From: the human T2T-CHM13v2.0 reference genome, Homo sapiens
Assembly (NCBI RefSeq): GCF_009914755.1
Contig: NC_060933.1
Length of the DNA: 64,000 bases
Strand: one strand, 5' to 3'
The notes under the pieces are model-generated. The model saw only the letters and a list, made by a program, of their open reading frames with translations, searched no databases and was not told the origin of the DNA. Positions 1-13,560 of the stretch are shown here, piece by piece (the stretch's first letter is position 1; every line of letters starts with the position of its first letter). Both the position numbers and the translations under genes were made by a program.

Positions 1-232
1 AGGGCAAGGCAGGAGGATCATTTGAGCCCAAGAATTTCGAGGCCAGCCTAGACAACATAACAAGACCCCATCTCTACAAAATTTTTAAAATTTAGCCAGG
101 CATGATGATGCACACCTGTAGCCCTAGCTAATTGGGAGGCTGAGTTGGGAGGATTGCTTGAGCTCAGTTGAGATTACAGTGAGCTATGACTGCACCACTG
201 CACATCAGCCTGGGTGGCAGAGAGAAACACTG
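1..232 (+). mobile_element. Alu (AluJ-like), cut by the window start
   Basis: ggaggatcatttgagccca...gcactgcac...cagcctggg Alu body. Confidence 0.9.
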
Positions 233-239
233 TTTATTC

Positions 240-480
240 AAGTAAAAAGATCAATTCAAAATGGATTAAAGACATAAGAACTGAAACCATAGAATTCCTA
301 TGAAAAAACATAGTGGGGAAGCTTTATGACCTTGGTCTTAGCAATGATTTTATGAATATGAAACCAACAGCACAGGCAACAAAAACAAGTGCAACGTTGT
401 ACCTGTAGTCAACAATAATGTATTGTACACTTAAAAATGTGTTAAGAGGACGGATCTCATGTTAAATATTCTTACCATGA
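240..480 (+). mobile_element. Old L1 (L1M) fragments
   Basis: aaaatggattaaagac...ggcaacaaaa (ORF2 3' region) and gtattgtacacttaaaa...gatctcatgttaa (3' end). Confidence 0.7.
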
Positions 481-487
481 TAATGTT

Positions 488-650
488 TTAATTTATAAAG
501 AAAAGAGGTTTATTTGGCTTATGATTCTGCAGGCTGTACAAGCATGGCACCAGCATCTCCTCAGCTTCTGGGGAGAAGGAAGTCTTTACTCACGGAAGAT
601 AGTGGAGGGGAAGCAGGCACTTCACAGGGTGAGAGGGAGCAAGGGAGCAG
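488..650. mobile_element. MST-type MaLR LTR fragment
   Basis: aatttataaagaaaagaggtttatttggct...ctgcaggctgtacaagcatggcaccagcatc. Confidence 0.8.
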
Positions 651-1909
651 TTAAATAAATAAATAAGAGCAAAGGGTATTGGGGTGGGCAAGGAGTGAAG
701 GAGGGGATTAAGGAGTAAAACAATTGCTGGAGTGATGTGAGGGGGCACAGGAGGTAAGCAACGCGTCCTCATCCATCAGGGCTGAGTGGGCCCAGGTGGG
801 ACTGTATTCTAAAGGATAGTGGGGGAAGCCATAAGGGGAAGTGACACCACCTGATTTACATTTTTTTTAAGACCCCCGTGACTTTAGTGTGGAGAACAGA
901 GTGAAAGCATTAAGTCCAGCTTAGGACTCCAGCTGTACTCCTGCAGCAAGAGAATGGTGGCCCAGTAATGGGCAGAAGTGGTGAGCATTCAGGAAAGTGG
1001 GGTTCTGAGTCACCTTGCTGATGAATTGGGTATGTGAATATAAGCACGAGGCTAGGGATAAAGGAAAGAAAGAAATCATGAGTGAGCTCTTGTATGTTTA
1101 CTTGAACAACAAGGTGCCATTAACTGAAGTGAGGAGGCCAAAGGAGAAACAGATAGAAGGATTTGATGTTGGCTGAGGTAAGTTTCAACTGCTGGTGAGA
1201 TATCCAAATGAATATAGGAAGTTGGTAGTTGAACTTAGAAGCCTTTGGTTCCTTGCAGTATTCAGGATTGGATTGGATTAACTAGGAAATGAGTCTAGAG
1301 AAGGGAAGAGGGTCTAGAGACAGTCTGGCTCCTCATTTAGAAAGTTAGAGCAATGATTCCCACCTAGTCTACCTTGTAGGGTCTCCACTAGGATTCATTG
1401 AGGAGAGGGCAGAGCTCTGTTCCAATTTCAAGGATCCTAAGTTGCAAACACCACCCCACTATTCCCTCTTCTCAGCGGTAAGGAGGCTGATGAGGAATTT
1501 CCGATGTGGGGAAGCTCTCCAGTGAGACTGGAAATGTTGCTGGAGCCTCCACCCCTACCTCCAGGACAGGCTGGTTCTCCCAAGCCTTAGCCTCATTTCA
1601 ACGACCCTGAGACAATCAGAAATGACCTGGTCTTCTTCCCCATCCTGCCCATTGTTATTGTGAAGCCCATCACCATTTTATCAAAATATGTAGCACAGAA
1701 GAGCCCACTCTGTTGTTGAGATGCTCATGAAACCTTTGGGTAGTTGGCCTGAGAAGTTTGAGAAACACCAGTGCCTCCTTTTCTCAAACTGTACAGGCAC
1801 ATTTTTCTTCATGCAGAATTTCACATATGGAAGATTTCACTTTGTAATTCCCAGATGTTCTTCTGTTATCTATGAGCAAGATAAATTCTTTTTTTCTTTT
1901 CTGTAGGTT

Positions 1910-1914
1910 ACACA

Positions 1915-1947
<33 letters not shown>
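1910..1947. repeat. (CA)n microsatellite
   Basis: Directly visible. Confidence 0.95.
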
Positions 1948-1949
<2 letters not shown>

Positions 1950-2821
1950 ATCCTCCCATCTAGCTGCAAAACAGAAAACATTTTTTCATTGAATTGTATC
2001 TTTCCCGTCCTTTTGAATGCAGAACAAACATGGAAAATGTTCAAAGGAATAATCCCTCCCAAGACTATGATGTAAATAAAGAGGGGGTGATGACGATGTC
2101 CCCTGGACTCAATGCTGATCGCTCTTCACTATTACCCAGGGGGCAAATGCTGCCGGCGCAAGGCCAACCACCTGCACTTCATCCACACCTCCACAACTTG
2201 TCCAGCCTTTCAGCTGCCTTGGCCTTCATCTCCCGTCTTTCCAGTGAAGAAGATAAAAGCATTCATTCCCTCCCTAAGGATGTTGTGGAAAGAGTATGTA
2301 AGAATCCACTGTGTGTGGCTGTGTGGTCTGAGTCACTCTAAAATGGAAAATATAAGAATGGAAGTATAGAAAATATGAAATCCTTGCTTTAGGAAAGAGG
2401 CTCCTGTGATCTCACTTGATGATTAAATAAATCAGTATCACTAACACAATAACAAGTGTTTCCTACTCCCTCAAAAACATTATCATAAATATATTGCATG
2501 AATATATGTACATCTATTTACATAGACACACACACATACTTCATCTACACAATTACACATAAGGAGGCTGTAGGTTGCATGTATAGTAAACATGTACAAA
2601 TCTTCTCAGAACTCCTCCTGTGTGCCAAGGTCTATGCTAAGTGCTATGGATGTGAAAATGAATAATACACAAAATACCTTTCCTTGTGGAGCTTATTGGC
2701 TAGTAGTGGACACAGACTTCTAGACAATCTCAGCCTGCCTATCAAGTAAAACAACAGGCATTTTCTCAGATTTGCAGAATGTTCAGAGGAGAGACAGAGC
2801 ATCACTTTCTGGCAGAAAGTA

Positions 2822-3280
2822 TAGGAGGCTGGATACTGGTCCCCAAAGATGCCCATGTCACAATCCCAAAGCCTGTGGCTATGTCATCTTGCATGGCAAA
2901 GAGACTGTGCAGATGGGATTAAATTAAGAACCTTGACAAAGGGAGGTTATCCTGGATTATCCAGGTGGGCCCAAGGCAATCACAGGGGTCCTAGAAGAAG
3001 GAGGCAAGAGGATACAAGCCAGAAAATCAAAATGGGATGATGGAAGCACAGGCTGGAGTGATGTGTTTTGAGGATGGAGGAAGGGGCCACAAGTCAAGAA
3101 CGCAGGAGGACTGTAGAAGCTGGAAAAGGCAAGGAAAAGATTCTCCTCTAGAGCCTAGAAAATGGCCCCACCAACACCTTCAGGTTATGCTCCTACCTCC
3201 AGAACTGGGAGAGAATACAATTGTGTTGTTTAAGCCACTAAACTTGTGGGAAGCTGCTACGGCAGCTAGAGGAAACTCAC
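2822..3280 (+). mobile_element. MLT1 (C/D-like) MaLR LTR
   Basis: ccccaaagat...gaggttatcctggattatccaggtgggccca...ttgtgttgtttaagccactaaacttgtgg. Confidence 0.85.
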
Positions 3281-3537
3281 ACGGGTTAGGAAGAGATTAC
3301 CGGAAGAGATCAGATTTAGGCTTTGAAAACTAAGTAGGAAGTTTCAGGAGGCCAACACAGGGGTGACAGGTGGGAGCACCCAGGCATGGGGACCATGCAA
3401 GCAGTGGACGGAGGGTACACATGCTGCAGCATCCCAGAGGCTCTGCTTTCCTTTATCTTTTGTTCGGTCACTAGAGGGTAGTGGAGAGGAGGAGGATGTG
3501 ATACTGAGTGGACTGTGGAAGGCCTTGAATGGGGAAT

Positions 3538-3910
3538 ATCAGTTACAGCCACAATAATGCTGTGTAACAAACCATCCCCAAACCTGTGGCTTCACACATC
3601 AACCACTACTACTTCTCACAAACCAGTGGTCAGCTGGGTGGTTCTGCTGATCTAAGCAGACACACGGGTGTGGCTGGGCCTGCACACACATCTGTGGTTA
3701 GGAGCATGTGGGCTGGTTGGTCTGGGTTGGCCTCAGCTGGGAGATCTGTGGCTCTCTTCCCTGTCTCTCTCACATTCTTTTAATGGGCTACCTGGGTTTG
3801 ATCTCTTGATGGTAGCAGTGGTGGAAAGAGAAGAGCAGAAATTCACAAGCACTTTTTCAATCTTCTTGCATAAAGTTTGCCACACTCTCACTGGCAAAAG
3901 TAAGTCACAT
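3538..3910 (-). mobile_element. Old MLT1 MaLR LTR
   Basis: cagttacagccacaataatgctgtgtaacaaaccatcccaaa...ggtcagctggg. Confidence 0.65.
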
Positions 3911-3911
3911 A

Positions 3912-4640
<729 letters not shown>

Positions 4641-5086
4641 CTATGGCCTAGTTCAGAGTCATTAAGGGAGAGGAACGCCAAGGGGCATGGAGCCTGAGAG
4701 AAATGAAAATTTGGCACCAGTAAGGTCATCAATGTGCTAATGAAGAATTAAGAATTTTGATTTAGATTCATTAAATGATGGGAAGCCTGCAGATTTTTAG
4801 CTGAGGAATATAACGATGAAAATTGCATTTAAGGAAATTATAGTTCCAGATAGGTGTCTTGTGACACAGAACATGAATTTAAAGAAGATTATTAGAACTG
4901 GATTCTAAATGTCATGGCTCTGATCCAACATACTGATTTCAGTTATCTATCGCAAAGTGGCTCAAAACTTCATGGTTTAAGCAGCCATTTTATTACATCT
5001 CACAATTTTGTGGGTCAGGAATTTGGGCTGGACTAAGCTAGGCACTAGACCGTTCTCTAACGGTGAGAATGTGGGAACTTGCAGTC

Positions 5087-5380
5087 TTTTTTTTTTCTGA
5101 GATGGAGTCTCGCTCTGTTGCCCAGGCTGGAGTGTGGTGGCGTAATCTCAGCTCACTGCAACCTCCGCCTCTAGGGTTCAAGTGATTCTCCTGCTTCAGC
5201 CTCCCGAGTAGCTGGGACTACAGGTGCCCACCACCACGCCTGGCTAATTTTTGTATTTTTAGTAGAGATGGGGTTTCACCATGTTGGCCAGGCTTTTCTC
5301 GAACTCCTGACCTCAGGTGATCCACCTGCCTCAGCCTCCCAAAGCGCTAGGATTACAGGCATGGGCCACCGTGCCTGGCC
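5087..5380 (-). mobile_element. AluS
   Basis: Full dimeric Alu, antisense. Confidence 0.95.
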
Positions 5381-5566
5381 TTCTTTTTTTTTTTTTTTTT
5401 TTTTTTAAGAGAGACAGGATCTCTGCATGTTGCCCAGACCAGAGTTCAGTGGTTATTCATAGGTACAATCATCGCACACGACAGCCTCAAACTCCTGGGC
5501 TGAAGCCATCCTCCTGCCTCAGCCTCCTGAGTAGCTGGGACTAAAGGCATGTGCCACCATACCTGG
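5381..5566 (-). mobile_element. FAM-like fossil Alu monomer
   Basis: Retains the 7SL-like segment agtggttattcataggtacaatcatcgcac, which dimeric Alus lack. Confidence 0.75.
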
Positions 5567-6608
5567 ATCAACTTGCAGTCTCTTAATGACTGGACTCAGA
5601 AACTGGCACAGAGTTAATTCAACTGCATTGTGTTGGTCAAAATAGTAACAAGCAAGGTCAGGCTATTCATGTCTAAAAGCCATGCTTCCTTGGGAAGGCA
5701 GGGTGTGAGTAGCTGAATTTACATGTTATCTTTTCTTCACATATTTAAAAAGGGCTTTGAAAGAACATGGGCAACATTTCAAAGCTAGGTGGTAACTTTC
5801 CACCAAGAACAGCATCTGATGTAGAAGGCAGGTTTGGTCGCCCATTCTCAGTCTTGCTGTAGATTCATATTCTAGAGGACAAGCCAAAATGCCCATACAC
5901 TGCACCCTGACCCAGGGTCTCCCAGCATGCGCTTCTGTGCTTTTGGGTGCTACCAGCAGTAGCAGATTCTAAACCCTCCCAGGAGTGGAAAGAATGAAAA
6001 GGGACTGACTTCTGGCCCTTTTCTCTCATGTTGTCATTCTACTGGCCCCCTCCAACAAAGAAGTGAGGGAAACAGAAGTGCACTGTGCCAGCCCCTCCAG
6101 GCAGTGAGTGAGAAAGAATTGCAACCTGTTCCAAGTGAGTCTGTGTGAGTATGAAACACCGTTAGTGGAATAGCGAAGTGAGACTGGGAAGGGAAGGATG
6201 CCAAGAGGATGTGCTAGTGAGGAGATTGCCTCTGTGATCACTGGGGCTCACTCTGGCTGGGGGCTTCTGGGGGCTGCTGTAGAGCACCGTGCTGAGTTGG
6301 CCCATCCGTGGAGTGGAAGTGGGATCTTGGCCGTGCAGCTCCTCTCCATCATGGCTGAGGGTTGTTCCCAGGGCACGGACTGCCTTGCACATCGGCCTGC
6401 TCCATGCATGGTTCTAGCAGCCAGAGAAAGCTCAGGCAGAGAGTTACAGATGCTCATAGTAGAAGGGCAGGAATGGCAGGTATTCAGGGGATACAGATGG
6501 GGCCCCAACAGTGTGTGCTGGAAACTCGTATCAGGGCACCCACTTTGGACCTCACATCATGGCCATTTTCACCAGTTACACCGTTGAGACATTTTTATCA
6601 AATAATCA

Positions 6609-6984
<376 letters not shown>

Positions 6985-7429
6985 AGTACTATCATGTCTT
7001 CCTCCATCTACCCATTCCACAGAGGTGTCCACTCTTGCAACTGTTTCTGTTTTAAACTGTTGGTTATAATCATCCTTCTAAATAATATGCTTCAGAGAGT
7101 AGGTCTTCATTATCCAAGAACAATTGGCACTGGAAAAAAAGCCACTTAAAGTGAATCCATTTAAAACAGAGATCAAAATTTCACAGTAAATGGTGATTAG
7201 GAGATTATCTTGAAAACTGAAACTAAAATTATAAAAATAAATGTATTTTTATTCAATAAAACTTAGATTATAATGGCAACTGTGCCTTAATTCTTAGAGT
7301 AAAGAATAAATCAACCATTTAAAGAGTGTGGGGAGTAATTTTTATACAAAATTGTACAATAGCAGGATGCATCAAGAGGGAAGGAGAACAGAAGGAACGG
7401 ATATTTCACATGCACCTTTCACACACTCA

Positions 7430-7620
7430 CTGATTGCTGCACCAGGCTCTACATATATTATCCCCTAGCATCATTACAACGCCATCAAGCATGAGTATTC
7501 CCATTTTACAACTACTAAAACTGAAGCTCAAAGAGGTAAAGCAAATTATCCAGGTCATTCAGCTTAGAAGTGGTAAAACCAAGATTTGAACGCATGCAAC
7601 TTGAGTCAACAAGACCATTT
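7430..7620. mobile_element. MIR
   Basis: cccattttaca...aaaactgaagctcaaagaggtaaagcaaattatccaggtca core. Confidence 0.75.
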
Positions 7621-7647
7621 CTGGGCACAGGCTTGCAGAAGAGAGTA

Positions 7648-8055
7648 TTATGGCTAAACCGTGTCCACTTCCCAAAATGTGTATATTATCGCCCCCCACC
7701 ACCACCCCATGTACCTAGAATGTAACTGTGTTTATAGAGAGACCTTTAAAGAGGTAATTTAAGTGAAATGAGATCATATGGGTGGGCCCTAATACAATTT
7801 GACTGTTGTCCTCATAGGAAGAGGATATTTGGACAGAGAGACACCAGAGCTGTACAGGCATAGTGGAAAGGCCATGTGAGGACACAGCGAGATGGCCGCC
7901 ATGTGCAAGGCAGAAAGAGAGCCCTCACCAGCAATTGAATTTGCAGCACCTTGATTATGGTCTTCCAGCCTCCAGAACCGTGAGAAAATTCATTTCTGTT
8001 GTTCAAGTCATCCAGTCTGCAGTACTTTGTCATGGCAGCCATCAGGAACTAACAC
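7648..8055 (+). mobile_element. MLT1A/B-like LTR
   Basis: gggtgggccctaatacaat...gactgttgtcctcataggaagagga...ttccagcctccagaaccgtgagaaaa. Confidence 0.85.
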
Positions 8056-9164
8056 ACAGGGAAATGGAAAAGGAAAGGAGGCAGGGGAGGGAAAGAAAAA
8101 TAAGAGGAGAAGGAGGAGGTAAGAAGAGAAGTATTCAATCTCAATTTACCTTGGGATTTGGGGAGGAGCTTGCCTATATGAATGAGTGAAAGGAATACAA
8201 CGGTGAGCAAAACTTTGAGAAAACTTCTTAGAACCATTGTCAGGGATGCCTCTCGAATGAGCTGCGCATAGACACAAGCTCTACCCACACACCAACCGTC
8301 ATCCCTCCAGGGCAGCCAGTGACTCCCAACAAGGAACAACCTTTGTGTTACCAGCGCCTACATTCTTAATGTGACATGGTACCCCCTCAAGGGAAGCATC
8401 CAAAGGAAGTCCTATTAGATTCCTACTAAATGGTTGGATTCAGTTTTTAAAAAGGCTTCCAGATGAACAGTGAGGAAATGGTTCTAATCTGCATGTTTTT
8501 CTAGACTTTGGAGTTTTTCCACCCTCACTGCTTCTAGTTCTGCCTTCAAAGGGCCAGGGAGGTGAACTGAAGGGAAGATAAGCTCCTTTGTCTCCATCAA
8601 AAGCAGATGCCACAAAGCAGGGAGCAGCACTCCCCACAGGGCCTGTCGATTGCTCAGTGTTTTACCATTTTCCTCGCAGTTAAAGGCATGTCAGCTGGGG
8701 AGGGGTCCACACTGGGGGGCAGCAGTACCTGCCAAGGTGTGTTTACAGCAGATGCTTAGATCTTGTTTTAATGTCATCTGAACTTTAGAGGGAGCAGAGC
8801 TTGAAAGTGTTTCTGTCCAAGGATGCAAAGAACCGAGAAGCTCACACTAGCAGCTGAGAAAGCAATGTTTTGAAAAATGGGATAAATTAGTGACCACAGA
8901 GGAAAGTTGTTAGAGCTGAGGAAGGGCAGATTTTTTTTAACCTTTCATTAGTGATTCTGAAATAACAGATGGAACAGGGCCATCGACTACATTATTAGTT
9001 TGCTTTGTTTTCATTGTATTTTCCCCCTCTGAGAACCAGGAAAACAGCCAAGCTTTTTCTTGGTCCCTGACTTTAGAGAAAGGTTGTGTTATAGGGCAGA
9101 CAGCAGGGGCTGCCTGTATGCCATTTGCTTCTTGTGTTCCTGAAACATGGCATCCTTGAAGAGG

Positions 9165-9460
9165 TGTCTCTGAGTTTGGGAACCTCCAAAACAGCCCCCG
9201 GACAAGGATGTCAGTGCATAGAGTTTATCTGGGAGGTGAAGTCAGGACCATCACTGGGGCAGGTAGGGAAGTGAAGGAAGACGAGGAAAGATCCCACTAG
9301 AGGGAGACAGCAGGTTATCAATGTGGGCAACTGGGGCTCAAGCCTGTTAGGAACTCCGGAAGACAGTGTGGATGATGCCCCTGAGTGATCCCAATCAAGA
9401 AGCAAAGAACCTGGGGTATTTATCCATCAAATCCCACATAGCATTTGTTGAGATTGCTCC
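9165..9460. mobile_element. Old ERVL-type LTR fragment (a related piece lies at ~6150-6340)
   Basis: gacaaggatg...agtttatctgggaggtga...gggaagtga...ggcaactggggctca; subfamily uncertain. Confidence 0.5.
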
Positions 9461-9574
9461 TGGCAGGACATCAACTGCCCCGTCCTTCAGCCTGGCTGAG
9501 CAGGCCAGAGGGTTACAGTGGCCAGAGGAAGGCAAAGAGCCTACATGGCCTTGCAGGTGGACGTGGACTTCCAG

Positions 9575-9611
9575 TGGGCTTTGAGTCAATGGGCTTTGAG
9601 TCAATGGGCTT
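9575..9611. repeat. 15-bp tandem repeat (2.5 copies); both full copies carry an AP-1 site TGAGTCA
   Basis: (tgggctttgagtcaa)x2 plus tgggctt; TGAGTCA at 9582 and 9597. Confidence 0.9.
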
Positions 9612-9929
9612 GGGAAGGATGAGGGCTTGAGAAGGCATAGGTGGGGCACCATAGTCTCTGCCACAGTGGTTATGCTAAGAAAAGGGAGGGAAAAATGCCT
9701 TCTAGGACCATGAGAAAGAGGAGGAGAATTCCAAAAATGAAAGGGTGATGACAAGCTCACAGGTTTTGCCAGTAGGATTGTTGAGACCTAAGACTCATGC
9801 CTTCTGTGGACTTCGTGAAAGTGACAGGACTAGATTGGCCACCCAGTGTTTGCTTCCACACTTGGGGCCCACAGGGCCCACAAATTACTCCTGGAGCTGG
9901 AGTCTAGCCTCCTTACATGCACTTCACAA

Positions 9930-10042
9930 CTGCCAATCAGAACAAATGCCCAGCCAATTATAGTGGACATTCAACCAATCAGAATAGATTCCCGACAAGT
10001 TAGAACTGATCCTCAGCCAATCAGAACCAACACTGGCCATTA
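9930..10042 (+). promoter_or_regulatory. Degenerate 21-bp-period array of CCAAT (NF-Y-type) boxes
   Basis: CCAAT at 9933, 9954, 9975 and 10017, with degenerate units at ~9996 and ~10037. Confidence 0.6.
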
Positions 10043-10959
10043 ACAATGGGTTCTACTTGTTGTACCGGCCAAATAGCTCTAGCTGGGGGTGAACTCAGGC
10101 CTAAGCACAGACTTGCAGTCGGTGAGCTTGGACTTCAGCTTCCAGCCTCCACCTCTGCATCCTTTCCTCTCCCTCCTGTTATATTTATTTCAACAACCCA
10201 AAGCCTTCATGTGGCCCAGTTCTCGGTGGCTTCAGAATTCTCACAAAGGAAAGGCTCATGTATCAGTCGTTTACACCATAGTATAAAGTCAAGACCCTAA
10301 AGCATCTAAAGAGTAAACTTCATATCTGACTGTTGAAACAAAGGCAGAAGCCCCATGAAAAGACATATCCACAACAGGGATGGGTCTCTGCCCCTGAAAT
10401 AACTCCACAGTAGCCACCCACATGGGTAGGCTATAAAGCAGCCCATCTTACTTCAGTGCTTTTAGGGAGACTGCTGCCTGCCTGTCCTCCCAGATCCATC
10501 ACAGCAGTTGGTCCTTGTGTCCTTCACATGTCAAAATCTGATGACCACCTTTGTTACCCACTCAGCTGCTCCTGAGGGCTCTATCCACTATCACACACAT
10601 AACCTCATGGTCCATGAGGAACTGTAGGCCTAAATGAAGCCGAAAGCCCTGCTTTTTACAGCCTGTGCCAGCCAGGTTTCAAAGAACGTCATGTGATACG
10701 GGTTATGTGGGATTTGGGCGGGGAGCTGCAGAGGTGAGGAGGGAACCCTGTCTGTTCTTGCACAGCAGCATCTCTTGCAATGGCCCTTCCTTTCCATGCC
10801 TGCAGCCACAGCTCACCTGAGATCGCTTCTCATGGAAAGCAGCCCAAAATGCACTTCATCAGTCTCCCCGTCCCACCCTCCAGCCACAAGCCACCACTCT
10901 GTCCTGGATTTTGCTGCCGATTCCTCTTCTGAAAGCACAGCCTGAAGTAAGCCATTTCC

Positions 10960-11353
10960 TCCAGCAGACCTTCTAGTGGGTTCCCGCTGCTGGAGTCTCC
11001 TGGGCTAGGGGGATGACTAGGACTAGGACTGCCCTCCAGAGCCCCTCAGTGTGGCTGCTCCTCAGTGTGGCTTCCCCAGGGCATGGCTGGCGCAGGGTGG
11101 TGGGATTCTCAAGTGGGGGCTCGGGGCTCTGTGCGAGTATTCCCACTCTCAAGGCAGAAGCTGCAACTCCTTTATTGCCCCAGCATTGCAAGTCCCGCAG
11201 TGTCACTTCCACTGGACTCCAGTGGCAACATACAAGTCACCAGCTGCACGATTCAGAGGGAGGGGAATTCAACTCCACCTCTTGATGAGGAGAAAAGTGT
11301 GTGGCATGGGAGATATTGTTGGGATCATCTTTGGAAAATAGAATCTGCCCCAT
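10960..11353 (-). mobile_element. MLT1 (F/G/H-like) LTR
   Basis: tgtcacttccactgg...gattcagagggaggggaattcaactccacctcttgatg...ctttggaaaatagaatctgcc. Confidence 0.7.
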
Positions 11354-12123
11354 AGCTCAAAGCCAAATAAACCACTGGCTCTAGCCAGGCATGCCCACAC
11401 TCTCCCAGGCCATGTTCATTACTCCCACATATGACCCATCCTTCAGAGCCCACCACAATTGCCACCTCCTCTGGAAGGCCAGCATCCCAGCCAAAAGCAA
11501 GCTCTTCCTCCTCCGCCCACTCACCATACTGCAGCTGTTCTTCCTGGCACCTACCCTCTTCCATCTTGCATCCTAGGGCATCTGGCCTGCCCTGGGTCCT
11601 TCCAGTCATGAGGACACATGCCTCAAACCTCACTGTGGCCCCTCTGTGTCTTCAGACTGCCCTGCCACATAATATATTCAAACCCCACATGTCTTCCCAC
11701 AGTGCACCATAAGAGGCCAGCAGAATTGGAACAGCATGTGCTGGGGATGTTTCTGTCAGTGAAACGTGTCTCTGGAAAGCTTATCAGCCTTTGAACATGG
11801 CCCCAGGCCCTGGCCCAGCCCCAGCTGGCAAGCTCTGAAGGATGAGCTGGATGAGCTGACATCGTCACTAATATTGTCCAAGCCCATATTTCCACCGTGG
11901 CTTCTTAAATATGATGCCCTAAAACAAGATTCCCAAGCCTTCTAGTCCAGACATCGCCTGTGGGGCTGTGTGGGGCTGACGGACAGGCTGGCACACACAG
12001 TTCTTGGCTGTACAAATTCTGCCTTGGGGTCCTGTGGGGTCCCGGGTCTGTGTGAGACATCTTTTCCCTGTGGGCAATGAATGGCATTCATCTGCCAAAA
12101 GTGGCTGCTCCACCTTCTTGACC

Positions 12124-12341
12124 CAGTTCAACAAACTACAGCTCAGGGAACCCAATCCAGCCCCCTGCCTGTCTTGATAAAGTTTGATTGCAACACAACC
12201 TCGCCCATTCATTACGTATTGTCTATGGCTGCTTTCACTCTACCATGGCAGAGTGCAGTAGTGTGACAGAGAAATCATACCACCTGCAAAGCCTAAAGCA
12301 TTTGCTATCTGGCCCTTCCCATAAAAGATTGCCCACCCCTG
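12124..12341. mobile_element. MER58A-like hAT-Charlie DNA transposon
   Basis: cccattcattacgtattgtctatggctgctttc...gcaaagcctaaagcatttgctatctggcccttccc...cccctg. Confidence 0.85.
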
Positions 12342-13229
12342 CCCTACACACTTGTAAATGACCTCACTGTTCCCCAGTCTAGAGATGGGTGTTAGGGAAG
12401 AAAGACATTCCACAAGACATTCCCCCTTGGAATGTCCCACCTCCTGCCCATTCAGTCTGAGACAGCCCAGGAAGACAAGCAAGGGAGGAAAGATCTCCAG
12501 GAAAACCACAAGAAAGAGAATCATGTTACAATGGGTCAAAGGCACATGCAGAAGGAAGCAAGACTCCTCCTGGGACCACCAGGCCACCCCAGCCTCTGCT
12601 TCTCCAGCCTCCTCCTGGGAAAGGTCCTTTCTTCTGCATCCGCTAAGAGCTGGGATTGGTATTGTAGTCAAGGAAGACCCAGAGAAACGAAAGGGAGAGG
12701 ACATCAAGAAGCTCAGGAATGGCCTCATTTCCACATGGAGAGCCACACTGCTGCTGTAAGGAAAGTCCAGCCCAGTCAGCCCACAGGAACTGCCCCAGGC
12801 TCATAGCCCTGCAAACTCCCCTTAGCTAGACTGGGGCACAGTCACTGGCTGGCCCAAAACCTTGGTCCCAGCATGAGATTCGGGGCCACCATACAAGGTT
12901 TTTGCTCTCTGTGGTCTTTTCTCACCTCAGATCACTGCTGACACCCTTGACAGGGGTGGGAACCTGTAAACTCTTTCCCCCCAGTGAACCACCTTCTAGG
13001 TGACTCTGCAAAGTGATACTTCTATTCTCACCCATCTGCAGGAAAGAAATGTGGATCCTACCCCAAGCATAGAAATGGACAGATGCTTTTCCTTCTCAGT
13101 TGACCAATGTGTAGCCCTGTCCTTAAGGAAAGAAGCTTGCAGAGTTCTAATTCATAAGACTTTCAACATGATAAGTTCCAAGAATGAATCTATTACTTGC
13201 CAGCTTTGTGGCCTCGAGCAAATTACTGA

Positions 13230-13560
<331 letters not shown>

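Noticed and set aside
1994-2369. 115-aa and 85-aa ORFs in non-repeat sequence
   Set aside because: No recognisable homology, splice context or processed-pseudogene hallmarks.
9930-10042. CRISPR-like repeat/spacer appearance
   Set aside because: Eukaryotic DNA with a 21-bp period, degenerate units and no cas genes.
9846-10043. ORF with repeated QPIR motifs
   Set aside because: By-product of the 21-bp CCAATCAGA periodicity; no evidence of coding.
12240-12806. Overlapping 124-168 aa ORFs on both strands
   Set aside because: No recognisable protein similarity or exon structure; partly overlaps MER58.
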